Assembly (NCBI GenBank): GCA_964106915.2
Contig: OZ066923.1
Reading direction: 5' to 3' (one strand)
Source of the DNA: Podarcis gaigeae
Lineage: Eukaryota
Length of the DNA: 64,000 bases
In this document: positions 13,846 to 26,777 of the stretch, one piece after another
How the letters are laid out: each line of letters starts with the position of its first letter
How positions within the stretch are numbered: the stretch's first letter is position 1
Notes under the pieces: generated by a model
Databases searched by the model: none
Seen by the model: only the letters and a program-made list of their open reading frames with translations
Told to the model about the DNA's origin: nothing
Position numbers and translations under genes: made by a program

Positions 13846-14206
13846 CAGGGGACAGCAACCTTTTCCAGCTGTGGGCCAGTCCACCATCCCTCATACCTGT
13901 AGTGGGCGGACTATATTTTTCTGGGGGAAATGAACAAATTCCTATGCCCTACAAATAACCCAGAGATGCATTTTAAATAAAAGCACACATTCTACTCATG
14001 TAAAAACACCAGGCAGGCCCCACAAATAACCCAGAGATGCATTTTAAATAAAAGCACACATTCTACTCATGTAAAAACACCAGGCAGGCCCCACAAATAA
14101 CCCAGAGATGCATTTTAAATAAAAGCACACATTCTACTCATGTAAAAACACGCTGATTCCCGGACCGTCCGCAGGCTGGATTTCAAAGGTAGGTTGCCTA
14201 CCCCTG
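13846..14206. mobile_element. hAT (Charlie-like) non-autonomous element with an internal 71-bp tandem array
   Basis: CAGGGG...CCCCTG termini, perfect 8-bp TSD gtatagat, ~2.8 copies of a 71-bp unit starting at 13951, 14022 and 14093. Confidence 0.88.
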
Positions 14207-14678
14207 GTATAGATGCATTAGAGTTCACAAAACATCTGCCCTTACTCAACAAGACTCTTCATTGTTGCTGCTGCTGCTGCAGCCAACACAGCTCCCTTCT
14301 GGAGTATGTATTTCCTCAGTATGACATGAGGACTTCTGCACCCTATTACACTGCAAGGGTGTTCTAAAAGCAGAACCGTAAAAGTAATACTAATTATAAC
14401 GAACTGAGAGAAGTTGTGCTACAGGGTAATTTTCAACAATCTCTTGAGGGAGGGTGGTTCCCCTCCCCTCTTTCTATCCCTGTTTGAAGTACTTCCCACT
14501 CTTGGATGCCCTTTGGAAGTATTTTTTTTACTACTGGAGTTCTTTTTGAAGTACTTTATCACACCATCATTCCTTACTCTTAACTTCTTCATTTTCTCTA
14601 TCTCATGAATCCTTCAGAAACCCATGCCGTGAAATGTTGGTGACAGTTGGGTCCCTGACACCCATGAAGTTACACTTA

Positions 14679-15030
14679 AGGTAAAGGTAAAGTGACCCCT
14701 GACCATTAGGTCAAGTCGCAGACGACTCTGGAGTTGCGGCACTCATCTCATTTTATTGGCCGAGGGAACCGGCGTACAGCTTCCGGGTCATGTGGCCAGC
14801 ATGACCAAGCCGCTTCTGGAGAACCAGAGCAGCACACAGAAACACTGTTTACCTTCCCGCTGGAGCGGTACCTATTTATCTGCTTGCACTTCGTGCTTTT
14901 GAACTACTAGGTTGGCAGGAGCTGGGACTGAGCAACGGGAGCTCACCCCATCGCAGGGATTGGAACCGCCGACCTTCTGATCGGCAAGCCCTAGGCTCTG
15001 TGGTTTTAACCACAGTGCCACCCACATCCC
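14679..15030 (-). mobile_element. Sauria SINE
   Basis: Full length, TSD aagttacactta. Confidence 0.92.
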
Positions 15031-15107
15031 AAAGTTACACTTAGGACCCATCAAAATCAATGTGGAAGCTGCTACAATATTTCAGCCTGAAATCCTAGCC
15101 ACACTTA

Positions 15108-15469
15108 AGGTAAAGGTAAAGGTACCCCTGCCCGTGCGGGCCAGTCTTGACAGACTCTGGGGTTGTGCGCCCATCTCACTCAAGAGGCCAGGGGCCAGCG
15201 CTGTCCGGAGACACTTCCGGGTCACGTGGCCAGCGTGACATCGCTGCTCTGGCAAGCCAGAGCCGCACACGGAAACGCCGTTTACCTTCCCGCTGGTAAG
15301 CGGTCCCTATTTATCTACTTGCACCCGGAGGTGCTTTCGAACTGCTAGGTTGGCAGGCGCTGGGACCGAGCAGCGGGAGCGCACCCCGCCGCAGGGATTC
15401 GAACCGCCGACCTTTCGATCGGCAAGTCCTAGGCGCTGAGGCTTTAACCCACAGCGCCACCTGCGTCCC
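15108..15469 (-). mobile_element. Sauria SINE, distinct CpG-rich young subfamily
   Basis: Full length, TSD tagccacactta, variant 3' region (gcccgtgcgggccagtcttgacag). Confidence 0.92.
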
Positions 15470-17634
15470 AATAGCCACACTTACTTGGCAGTAAATGCCA
15501 TTGACTTCAATAAGACCAGAAATTGCTTGGGTTGTGCTTTATGGCTCCTCATGGTTGGTTTTGTATAGTTGCCTTTTTCTGGAATAAGCAGAATGTCACA
15601 TTTCATACTTGGAAATATGACAACCTTGCTTAAATTACCCAGCTTTGCCTCACAATGCGGGGTACACACAGCACACCCCTACTCCCTGTGTGAGCCTACT
15701 ACCATCAGGTGTGCTGCCACACCATCAGGCACAGTCTTGTCCTTTGCCTCAGGCAGCAAAATGTATTGGGCCAGCCCTGGGACTCAGCTATACAGCTGTG
15801 GATATAATGTTTTAAGTGCATTATACAAATATGACACTAGATGGCGATGGTGAGCTAATGGCAAATTCAATATATTTTTGAAAATGTTTATTTTAAAAGC
15901 ATTTTCACAGTGTTTTTGAAAATACATATGTAGATTCCACCCTGGACATTTAAGATCTATGGCAGCTGCCAACTCCATTGCCACAGATACTACTGTGTTG
16001 ATAAATCCTCTTCTAACTGAGCAATTCTAATTCTGAGCAAGGGAATTATGCTATATTTTATAAGGGTTTGATTAACTAAGGGCCTGGACCTTCCAGGTAA
16101 ATACTTAATTATTATTATTATTTATTTTTTAAAAAAACAGTAAAAAAGAAAGAAAGAAATCAGAAATTATTGCAAGTAAAGGAGACCTGCTTTACCTGAT
16201 TTAGGGCAAATGGTTGGTTGTTCTACCATAAGCAAACCCAGCCTGTAAGACTAGATAGCCCAGTGTTGCTGATCTTGCTAAAACGGCTTAACTTTCCATT
16301 GCACCCGTGATTAGCATCACTCGGCCATTATCTTGATAGCACTGATAACATGCAAATATGAACCCAAATCCTCCTCTGTTTTATCTTGAGCAAGTCATGC
16401 AAGGCCTATCATCTTAGCTGAGTCATTCTTGTCCTAGCGGAAGACCGATGCTCTCATCCTTGATGTGCCTTTGTTCTGTGTGCACTTTTCATCATAACAG
16501 TTATCTTATCGGGTTTTCGTTTGTGTAGGCTCTCGCTTCAGAGTAAGCGCTAGCTGCGTGCAACTCCCGTTTCAAAACAGCTCGTGATGAGTCGGCACTT
16601 TGTGAAGTGTGCTCTAACTGTTTGCTCCACTCCACTGTATGATACTTAACATTATGATGATGGAGGCACTATGACAGCGACACAGAGAGTAGGCTTCGCA
16701 TCCATCCACTCCAAGTAAATCACTAAAAAAATATGCTGCGTCAAACTGTTTCCTAAATTGACCCAAACTTGAAGAAAATAAGCACATGAGTTGCACGAAA
16801 AATAATTCCGCCATGGACTGGAAAGTGAAATAAAATTATATGCTATACAGAGAAGGAGAATATGCTGATATAACTAATTCTAATAATTTCTGGACAAGCT
16901 AGAAAGACTGCCCCCTGTGTTCATTCATTCTACAGGTAATAATTTGAAGGGCGGGTTAAACATTCAAAGACTTCAAAGGCAAAGGTTGCTCCTCATTTCC
17001 AGTTCCTTTATTCTACACACCAGCAATTTGCATAAAGAACATTCTGATACATACCTTTGTTTCCCAAAATAACCTTTGAGGGACTCCATAGTCACAACAC
17101 TGCTATAGGGAAACTCTTTCCTGTGAGATGATCTAGCATTGTGTCTGGTCTAAAATGTCATTTTCATACAGGAAGCAGGAAGCATAATGTCTTGATGGCA
17201 AGCGTATACCTACCAATAGGAAACTCAGGATTCGGCTAACCCAAAACAATAAACTCTTGCCACTGGGAAACAGTCTCTTTTGTGATGTCCTAACATAATA
17301 TCAGGTCCAAAGCATTACTTAATGGGCCAGATGCTTAAAGGGACAACATCCTCACTCTTGCCACTATATCCACAAATAAGGACTCTGAGGCTTTGCTACT
17401 AATTTAACTTTGTGTTAGCCCGGGTCATACATCCCTGTTTCTGGGATATTCCTCCTTTGGCATTGCAATTGACCCAGACCTTTGCAAGGTGAAAAGGGGT
17501 ATTTTGGGGGAGCAGAGAATGTACGAAGTTCTTTATTTCAGCTGCATCTGAACCTCTGGGTTGAATAAGAAAATGGGAAACAGGAAGCAATTTGAGCTTC
17601 ATCAAACTTTGGCTGCTCTTCTGACTTTCCCTAA

Positions 17635-17637
<3 letters not shown>

Positions 17638-17708
<71 letters not shown>

Positions 17709-17720
17709 AGAGACAGAGAG
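17638..17720. repeat. Compound (GT)n(GA)n microsatellite
   Basis: Direct reading. Confidence 0.95.
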
Positions 17721-18519
17721 AATTTACAAAGTATTATTCAATACTATTGGATAAAAGCCTGCAAGAAGATTCAAAAATTGGGGATAAATCACCCTCAGAA
17801 TTGTGCAGAAGGACATGATGTTTTGTCTTGCAGTCACGCTCTGAGTAATTATCCAGAACAACTCTGATCAATGATTCAAAATTAAAGTATAAGTGCATGG
17901 TACCTATTCCATCGCAAGCATGAAAACCAGCGTCTCCATTTTAGGGAGCAATGGTGATCTGGATTATCCATGTCAGCACCTTGACAAACTCATTACTTTT
18001 TATCAGATGAATTATAAAAATGGCCAGCGCTGTAACAAGACGAAGAGTAAATCCCCCAACACTCCTTTTGCTGCTGTTTATGCTTAGCCAGATAATTTCA
18101 TATGGCAGGAAACCACATTATGGTTGTTAAGTTAATGGAGAAGAAAAATGTTATTTAATGCAGCTGCATCTTTCATAGACATGAGCTCCCAGTCCTTTGC
18201 GAAAGACCCTTGTGGGTAATGATAATAAATTTCTAGTTGAAGCGTTGTTAATATGACTGGAAATCTATTGAATGACCATCCCCTTGTAAATTCAGTCTAA
18301 AGGCACAAAATGATAATATGTCTAAATAGCCACTTAAATATTATGGTCAATTATCTCTCTTCTTTTGGATTCAAGCTGGAAACAAAATGACCTGCCATAT
18401 TTACTTTCTACTTCTTAAGGAAAGAGGCCTTCCAGTTACTTAATATGTGAGGGACAGCATTAAGATGCTTGACATTATGACTGATAACTAGAATGAAAAA
18501 TATATTTGAGGGATAAAAA

Positions 18520-18652
18520 TAATAATACCTCGCCCATCTGACTGGGTTGCCCAGCCACTTTGGGCAGCTTCCAACATAATTTAAAAACTCAGTGAGACAT
18601 CAAACATTAAAAACTTCCTGATATAGAGTTGCCTTCAGGTGTCTTCAAAAAG
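18520..18652 (-). mobile_element. L2 LINE 3' end
   Basis: aataat tail plus 'cgcccatctg.ctgggtt..ccagccact.tgggcagctt', also seen at 43900-43980. Confidence 0.55.
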
Positions 18653-18749
18653 CTGCAGCACAGGGATGTCATTTGTTGACTTACACTTGATTTGAGATAG
18701 AGTTGGCCTTAAAAACAAAAAAACTCTCTGCCAATTGTGTAGAATAGAT

Positions 18750-19228
18750 CAATGGTTCTCAAACTTTTTTCTCTGGGCTACACAGAATAAAAAATTAGTC
18801 GTCACATACTTTTTTTTATTGATAAGAAATACATTGGAAAAAGAAACAACTGCTAGGAGGGCTTGATTTATAACACAGAACACCAACAACTTTATAATAC
18901 GATCACAGGACAGTATAAAACAATGCAGCTACATAAAAACACAGATCATTCCCAAAATTTAATTATAAACCAACCTTCTCCAGCACTCTGTTTGAACAAC
19001 AATTCTAGATCACAACTAGAATTGTCCTCCATATCTCTTGGTTCTCTTGCTCTCATTCTGAAAGGATATCCATCCATATTCTGCAAAAAAAATAAAAAAT
19101 TGATGCCATACTATATTATACCACACAGAAATATTTAACTGTTTCTTTGATTGTTCTTGGAACTTCCCATCACACTTATCCTTTCCTGCCACACCAATGT
19201 GGCGTCCCACACCTTTTGAGAACCACTG
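18750..19228. mobile_element. hAT-Charlie-like element carrying a nested LINE 3' end
   Basis: TIRs CAATGGTTCTCAAA / TTTGAGAACCACTG; internal ~18809-19172 begins with poly-T and resembles a minus-strand L1 3' end. Confidence 0.65.
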
Positions 19229-19652
19229 GTCTAAATGAGTATTTTCTGTAGACAGTATTTCTCTAGATGAAAAGTTTCACCTAGACAATTATCAAATCAT
19301 GGTCAAGTATTTTAAACATTAATTTATTGAAACAGCAGGAATACTTTTTAACATTGGGATTAAACCAGCTAAGCCACTTTGCACATAGTGAAATTAATAA
19401 CTTTTAAAACAAAAAGCAATTCAGCCCCATGAGGCAAATATCCCTTCATAATGGTTTGAATCTTTCAGCCCTTTAAATCCAGAGTTCTGTGCATACATAA
19501 GGCAGTGTTGTTATCCATCCAGACACATCTGTTTGTGGTGACTCCTCTGGACTCAAGCCAGACTAGTCATTTTTTTCTAAATTTGCTGTCAAAATAATCT
19601 GAAGCGCATGCCACACTCATACCCTGTAAATATCACCAAGGATGATCTAAAT

Positions 19653-19788
19653 CAGGAAGAGCCAAAGTGGGAGCCTCCAGATGTTGGACTACAATTCCCA
19701 ACACCCCTGTCCACTTGCCATGCTGGCTGAGGCTGATGGGAGTTGTAGTCCCAACGACTTTTGGAGAGCACCACAGTGGCTATCCCTG
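19653..19788. mobile_element. Palindromic hAT MITE, same group as 3068
   Basis: ctccagatgttggactacaattccca ... tgggagttgtagtcc inverted arms. Confidence 0.65.
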
Positions 19789-20023
19789 GCTTAATCGTTA
19801 ACTTACCAACAACTCAAAAAGCAACTCTCAAGATTCTTACTGGAGAAAGCAAAAGGAACAATGCAAGGAAATTATGGAAACATAATACACAGTTTGGCAG
19901 AGTACAAATCCTTAAAAAGAGGCCCTGCATTGGATTTCACGGGAGCAACTCTTGCTATGCCCTTGGGATTTCTCATGTGTTACTTGCCTTCAGCTTTGGC
20001 AAGACCATAATTCAGTGGCAGAG

Positions 20024-20287
20024 TGTTAAGTTGTGGGTGAACATATCAGATGACACAGTGATTCTTCAAACAGCTCTTGTTTATTCACAGGCCAGAACAG
20101 AACTGAACTGAAGGGTTCAGCCAGCCTGCGTATATAGAGCTCCACTAGAACGCGACAGTAACCATTTTCTGTAACTATCCAATCACTGAACATCACTTTC
20201 AATCCCTTATTTGCATATGTGGACCTGAGTGAAAACTATCTACAGTATCCCCCTGTTGGCCCAGGGTGAGAACCTCAGTACATAACA
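20024..20287 (-). mobile_element. Solo LTR (family A)
   Basis: TGTTA...TAACA ends, perfect 5-bp TSD cagag, minus-strand TATA and AATAAA; homologous to 56577-56822. Confidence 0.88.
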
Positions 20288-21046
20288 CAGAGGACATGCT
20301 TTTCTTCAGTTGCCTTTGATCATCCATGCTTCAGATTAAGTGCCAAGCACCCAGTGGGTTCTTAGCAGTGCTAGAAACAGACCAATGACACCACTATGCA
20401 CTGACTGCTCGAAATCTGCAAGGTAACGCTTCTGAAATAGGAAGACCACACAAAAATATGATGACATTAAACCATTACTTGAGCAATAATTACCCACACA
20501 ATATATGGGGTCAGGGGATTACAAATGTGGAACACACACTGCTTTGATTTAGCCAACCTATTGTTTCCTTTTGAGAAAATCTCCATCTAAATACACCTTG
20601 AGAGACCTACAAGTCCTGACTGGTTTTGTTATGTAAAACAGGTTGCTGACATGCTGACGTATTCCCAGAAGTTCAAAGAAGGAATGCTTCTAACAACTGA
20701 TCACCACAATGTGTTTGAAAAGAGCTGATCTGTACATAAAGTGCGCGTTTGTCAGGGTGTGTATGGCGGTGGGGGCAGGTTCAAAGGGTTGGGGAAAAGG
20801 AAGAGGTGACATTGTGCCAAGAAATCTGCATGCAATGAACACCAAGCTTTCTAAGCTTGTAAACACATTATTCTGGCTCTAGTGTGCTCCAAATGCTGGC
20901 TTTTGAATCCATGTACACATGGCATTACCCAAAATACAGAGCTATTCTGTAGTTTCTTGAGAAATGCTGCTGTTTCGTGCATCTTCCCTCAAATCTGCTT
21001 CAGTCCAAAAGGAAAACTTAAGCCACATTCAAATTGAGGCAAGCTA

Positions 21047-21525
21047 AGCATCTTAAAAAGCAGAGACATCACCTTGCCAACAGAGGTCCGTATAGTTAAA
21101 GCCATGGTTTTCCCAGTAGTGATGTATGGAAGTGAGAGCTGGACCATAAAGAAGGCTGATCGCCGAAGAATATGGTGCTGGAGGAGACTCTTGAGAGTCC
21201 CATGGACTGCAAGAAGATCAAACCTATCCATTCTGAAGGAAATCAGCCCTGAGTGCTCACTGGAAGGACAGACCCTTCAATACTTTGGACACTTCATGAG
21301 AAGAGAAGACTCCCTGGAAAAGACCTGATGCTGGGAAAGATGAAGGGCACAAGGAGAAGGGGACGACAGAGGATGAGATGGTTGGATAGTGTTCTCGAAG
21401 CTACCAGCATGAGTTTGACTAAACTGCGGGAGGCAGTGGAAGACAGGAGTGCCTGGCGTGCTCTGGTCCATGGGGTCACGAAGAGTCGGACACGACTAAA
21501 TGACTAAACAACAAAACAACAACAA
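21047..21525 (+). mobile_element. BovB (RTE) LINE 3' fragment
   Basis: VRIVKAMVFPVVMYGSESWTIKKADRRRI peptide; (CAA)n tail. Confidence 0.92.
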
Positions 21526-22510
21526 AGGTGTGTTATTTTGTGGGTAGGGAGACCAAACAGGTGAAAATGTGACTTGAAGTGCAGCAGGGTGGATGTGAAA
21601 TGCTGTGTTTTAAGCCACCAATGTGTACATAGCCTGAGTTTCAATTATTTCCCTTAAACCGTTTGCAGTTGCTTCAAGGCCAAAGTTGCAAGAGAGCCCG
21701 GCAGACTCAGAGAATCTCCATACTCCCTTTACAAGACTAGCACAGGAAGAAAGTGGACAATCAGGCTATGAGAGTTTGCATCGGCTGTCTATTATTATTC
21801 GTCTTTGATTTATACAGCCCTACTGGGTCTGCTGCAGACAAACTACCAAATAAAATCCCTTAACACAAGAAAGAGAGTTTTGGACAGACGGTTTTAAAAT
21901 GGCATGCTAAATTCTGTCTGGAGCATTAATATAAAACTATTTATTGAAAAAGACCTCAGAGTGCAGTGTTTCAGTATGATGACTTTAACAGCTCTTCAGA
22001 TGAGGAGAAGAAGAAGAGGAGGAGGAAATTAGCTTATCTGTAACTGTTTTACTGACTCTCAAGAAACTTTGTCACATTTGCCTATCAAGCGTGTGAAATG
22101 GGGATTTCACAGCTTGCAACCCATTTTCTCCATGCATGCAACTGATATCTTCCTTACCCAGGAAAGATAAATAAATAAAACAACATCTCTTTGAAAATCT
22201 AAAAGAGACAAATTGGCGGGTCGTTTTAAGATGGAAAGTCTGTGTAAAAAGAAACTGGATCTGAAAGTTAGGGGGCTTTTTAAAAAAATATCAAATAGCG
22301 GAATTAAGGATGAGTTGGCAGAAGTAACAGCGATGCTTTCGGAGGGCAAAAATGGGTGAGGTTTCTTCACAGGTTTTGGAAGAGAGACATAAGCATGACA
22401 CTAATATCTAGGATCAAAGCTAGCCTGGGCATCTTCACTGTGCATTCAAAGCTCCTGGTTCTGGCAATATTCCTGAAGTAGCACACCACTACTGTAGTGG
22501 CTACTGTAAT

Positions 22511-22895
22511 GGGACGCGGGTGGCACTGTGGTCTAAACCACTGAGCCTCTGAGGCTTGCTGATCAAAAATTCGGGGGTTCAAATCCCTGAAACGAGGTGA
22601 GCTCCTGTTGCTCGGTCCCAGCTCCTGCCAACCTAGCAATATGAAAGCACGCCAAAAAGTGCAAGTAGATAAATAGGTACCACTCTGGCAGGAAGGTAAA
22701 CAGCATTTCCATGTGCTGCTCTGGTTTTGGTGTTCCATTGTACCAGAAGCGGCTTAGTCATGCTAGCCACATGACCTGGAAAAACTGTCTGTGGACAAAT
22801 CTGGCTCTCTCGGCCTGTAAAGCAAGATGAGCGGCGCAACCCCAGAGTCGTCTGTGACTGGACTTAACTGTCAGAGGTCCTTTACCTTTACCTTT
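22511..22895 (+). mobile_element. Sauria SINE
   Basis: Starts GGGACGCGGGTGGC, ends (ACCTTT)n. Confidence 0.92.
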
Positions 22896-22927
22896 TTACT
22901 GTAGTGGCATGACTTAAACTTGCCTTT

Positions 22928-23118
22928 GGCTGTGCACATATCATACATTTATAACACATTTAAAGCATGTGGCTTCCTCCCAAAGAATATTGGGAACTGC
23001 AACCTGTTAAGAGTGCTGGGAATCCTAGTTCTGTGAGTGGCAAACTGCAGTTCCCATCAGATTCTTTGGGGAAGTCATGTGCTTTAAGCATGTTTTACAT
23101 GTGTGGTGTGTATGCAGT
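22928..23118. mobile_element. Squamate palindromic MITE family copy
   Basis: Similar to 9683-9870 and 12170-12885; inverted arms ttaaagcatgtggcttc / gaagtcatgtgctttaa. Confidence 0.6.
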
Positions 23119-23208
23119 CTTACTGGGAACAGACTCTCTGAACATGCACTTGGGTGCTGAGAGGTTTTTGGAGACACGTTACTTGAAATAGATACCCCAA
23201 AATAGATA

Positions 23209-23450
23209 CAGTGGTACCTCGGGTTATATACACTTCAGGTTACATACGTTTCGGGTTACAGACTCCGCTAACCCAGAAATAGTACCTCGGGTTAAGAACT
23301 TTGCTTCAGGATGAGAACAGAAATCATGCTCCGGCGGCCCGGCGGCAGCAGGAGGTACCATTAGCTAAAGTGGTGCTTCAGGTTAAGAACAGTTTCAAGT
23401 TAATGACGGACCTCCGGAACGAATTAAGTACTTAACCCGAGGTACCACTG
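23209..23450. mobile_element. Tc1/mariner-pogo (Tigger-like) MITE
   Basis: TIRs CAGTGGTACCTCGGGTTA / TAACCCGAGGTACCACTG, TA TSD. Confidence 0.92.
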
Positions 23451-24604
23451 TACTCCAAATGCACTTTCATCTGTGGGACCACCAGGCTATAACGTGTGAC
23501 ATGCATACACAAAATCACACATAGCCCTGGGAAAATACATAGCCCTGGGAAAGATTGTTTCTGGCTGCCGTTGTTTTCATTCAGAAAGCCAATGTCAAAA
23601 AACTTCTTATTTTGTTAGCTTTGCATTGTTTCCCATCTTATTTGTGCAAGTTTAGCATATTTCCCACCGTCCTGCAGCAGAGCACTGCACATATGCAGAT
23701 GCAATTTTATAGTAATAAAGTGATCTTTCCCTAAGAGCAGATCCCAGGGTCTGTCTTCATCAGAAAAGACAGCCTAGGTTCTTATAATGCTTTTGTGATA
23801 ATATTTTTTTTTTTAATTTCTTTAAACAGTTGGAGTTTGTGAAAGAATGGCTGAGAGGTAGCAACTGTCAGCACAGACAATGCAAAAATCGAAAGCAGAG
23901 CAGACACGCAGGACCCACATGGAAATATCTCACCAGACTTCTCATGCTAAGCTCCTGCCTGTAGCTCTTGAGACTATACCTTAACTGCATATACGCACTT
24001 GAACATAACTTGTTTCTATTTCAGAAATAGCAACTGTGTGGTGATGACAGTCATGATGGAATCGGTATCAGGAAGTGGTGCAATGTTTCCCTCCTGTAGT
24101 GTGTGCTTCCGTGCAACAGCCTCTCCCCCAGCTGATAACCAGAGCAGGAAGGAAGCCAAATGGAAGGAAAGAGCGGCTTGAGGCAGAAGGGAGGGTCCCC
24201 TGCCCCATACTCTCCCCTTGCACCCTCCCCAGTCATTATTTTTCAAAGTAAAGAACAAGACATATTAAAAACATTTAACATTTAGCTTTGCCCTTGGTCT
24301 CCAGCTGAGCTAAAAGGTACTTTAACTTTAACTTTGACATAGGTGGGATGCAGCAGCGGAGCATGTCTTCCTAGCGCCTGGGGCAGGTGCGCCTAGGGGG
24401 CGGAGAGTGACGTGAGGAGGATGCAGCAGGGCAGGCATGCGCCCTTCCAATCAGCCCAATTGGACTGATTGAAAGGGCGCATGGTGCGATGGCACAATGG
24501 CACTTTCCTCCCTAGCGCCGTTGGGCCCACCCTCACTTAAACATAGTGAACCTACCTCACAGAACACCAATTCCACAAATTCCTACAAACTACCCCAGAT
24601 TATC

Positions 24605-24960
24605 TTGTGGAGGACTTGTGGGGGGGGGACATAATAATTTAGAGTCTCAGGCAGGATTTGATCAAATAAACAATAAAGATTTTATTAAACAAAGGAAGTT
24701 TATGACAAAAAGTGGGTAAAACATAGGATACTTCAGATTATAATGCTATTTCACTTCAGTTCTTTCTCAGTTGTTGCACAGCTGCTGCAGCTTAATACTT
24801 TGGTTCTTAAACAAGGTGGTACTTCCTGTCAGTTACACACCCCGTTGACAACCCTACTCCTGAAGTACTCCAAGTAACAGACCCAAGGGATCGCCACACC
24901 CCTCTTAACTGGTTTGGGAGTCTTCTCTTTTGGTAGAAGAATCTCTCCCCTGCTGACTGG
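24605..24960 (-). mobile_element. LTR-like fragment
   Basis: Starts TGTGG and shares 'agtctcag.caggat' plus TTTATT with the LTR at 58885; right end uncertain. Confidence 0.4.
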
Positions 24961-24984
24961 AATGAGTCCTAAGTAAACTGTATC

Positions 24985-25467
24985 CAGTGCTGGATTTATG
25001 TATAGGCTATGTAGGCTGAAGCCTAGGGCCTCTAAATCTAGGGGGCCTTGTCTGCCCTCCCGCTCCCCAGTGGGCAGTCTCCCCTCTCCCAAAATTGCAA
25101 ACCCAAGACTTCATGTGAGGGCAGGATAACTTGGGCCTCTAAATCTAGGGGTCCTCGCCAGCCTGCCTGCTCCCCAGTGCCGCAGTCTCCCCTGTCACAA
25201 AATTGTAAACCCAAGACTTCATGCAAGGGCAGGGCAACTCAGGCCCAGCAACTATTAGACTTAGGGCTAGCCAGTGGGCCCCAATTTGAAGCAGTGGGGC
25301 GCAACTTGAATTCCCCCCCCCTTGTAGAGCCCCTCTTCACAGCCAAAGTCTGCAAAATCTTATAGATATAAATAAAATCCATCTTGATTGCCCTGGTGCA
25401 GGGGCCCCCTTAGGAGCAGCCTGTGGGGCCCAATTTGGCCCAATTACTCCAATTACCTTAAAGTCAG
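24985..25467. mobile_element. hAT-like non-autonomous sequence with a ~107-bp tandem duplication
   Basis: CAGTGCTGGATTTA start; repeated gggcctctaaatctagggg...aaacccaagacttcatg; terminus (ccctg) resumes after the BovB insertion at ~26172. Confidence 0.5.
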
Positions 25468-26169
25468 AAATATCATATCAACAACCTCAGATATGCAGAT
25501 GACACAACCTTGATGGCAGAAAATGAAGAGGAATTAAAGAACCTTTTAATGAGGGTGAAAGAGGAGAGCGCAAAATATGGTCTGAAGCTCAACATCAAAA
25601 AAACCAAGATTGTGGCCCATCACCTCCTGGCAAATAGAAGGGGAAGAAATGGAGGCAGTGATAGATTTTTACTTTCTTGGGCTCCATGATCACTGCAGAT
25701 GGTGACAGCAGTCACGAAATTAAAAGATGCCTGCTCCTTGGGAGAAAGGCAATGGCAAACCTAGATAGTATCTTAAAAAGCAGAGACATCACCTCGCCAA
25801 CAAAGGTTCATATAGTTAAAGCCATGGTTTTCCCAGTAGTGATGTATGGAAGTGAAAGCTGGACCATAGAGAAGGCTGATTGCCGAAGAATTGATGCTTT
25901 TGAATTATGGTGCTGGAGGAGACTCTTGAGAGTCCCATGGACTGCAAGAAGATCAAACACATCCATTCTTAAGGAAATCAGCCCTGAGTGCTCACTGGAA
26001 AAGACCCTGATGTTATGAAAGATTAAGGGCACAAGGAGAAGGGGACGATAGAGGACGAGATGGTTGGACAGTGTTCTCAAAGCTACCAGCATGAGTTTGA
26101 CCAAACTGCGGGAGGCAGTGGAAGACAGGAGTGCCTGGCGTGCTCTGGTCCATGGGGTCACGAAGAGTC
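25466..26169 (+). mobile_element. BovB (RTE) LINE fragment including the RT YADD motif, tail missing
   Basis: INNLRYADDTTLMAE...LGSMITADGDSSHEIKRCLLLGRKAM; internal deletion near 25998; ends at gaagagtc. Confidence 0.92.
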
Positions 26170-26777
26170 AGCCCTGATGAGACTGAGCAGGGGTGCTGGC
26201 AGGGGAAAAGGAAAAAGAAAACACTTGTTGACCCAACCTGCCCAGCAAAACAAACTTTTCCATCACACATGGCTGCTGCGTTCTCCTGATGCCCTGCATA
26301 ACGCTGCATTGTGAGGATGGGATGTGGCATCGGACTCAGAAAGCAATGCAGGGATGGCACGAGGAGCAAAATGCACCCTGGGAAAAACTGCACCTGAGGC
26401 AATGGCCCCTCCCTTGCCCCGCCCACGCTACACCTCTAGTGGGATGGTGGCCATGCATCCTCATGGCGCAGCTCCACACAGAGGCCCGATCTTCAAAGTT
26501 TGTAAATGCATATTGGCCTGATCACATGATGCATTGCACTTTCCTGTGGACCTCGTACGAATGGTTTACAGCTCTTAAGTTCCTATTTATGCTTGCTCCA
26601 CCATGTGGAAGTAGTTTTGGGTAGCAAAAATATTGCCTGCAGCACATGCCATCAGGGAAGGGGGTATTTCCAGCTAAGCACCCAATCCCTTTTCTGCCTT
26701 AGAAAGCCTTATAAGAAGCTCAAAACAAAAAAAAATTCCTTCCAGTAGCACCTTAAAGACCAACTAAGTTAGTTCTT

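Noticed and set aside
13951-14150. CRISPR-like or stand-alone satellite array
   Set aside because: Head-to-tail 71-bp units inside a hAT element with TIRs and TSD
21047-21525. Ruminant origin or contamination suggested by BovB
   Set aside because: BovB is native to squamates; copies here have TSDs and are nested among lizard-type repeats
23519-23552. Tandem duplication of acatagccctgggaaa
   Set aside because: Ordinary local slippage duplication
26174-26215. CTGATGA hammerhead-like core
   Set aside because: No stem II followed by GAAA and no stem I pairing
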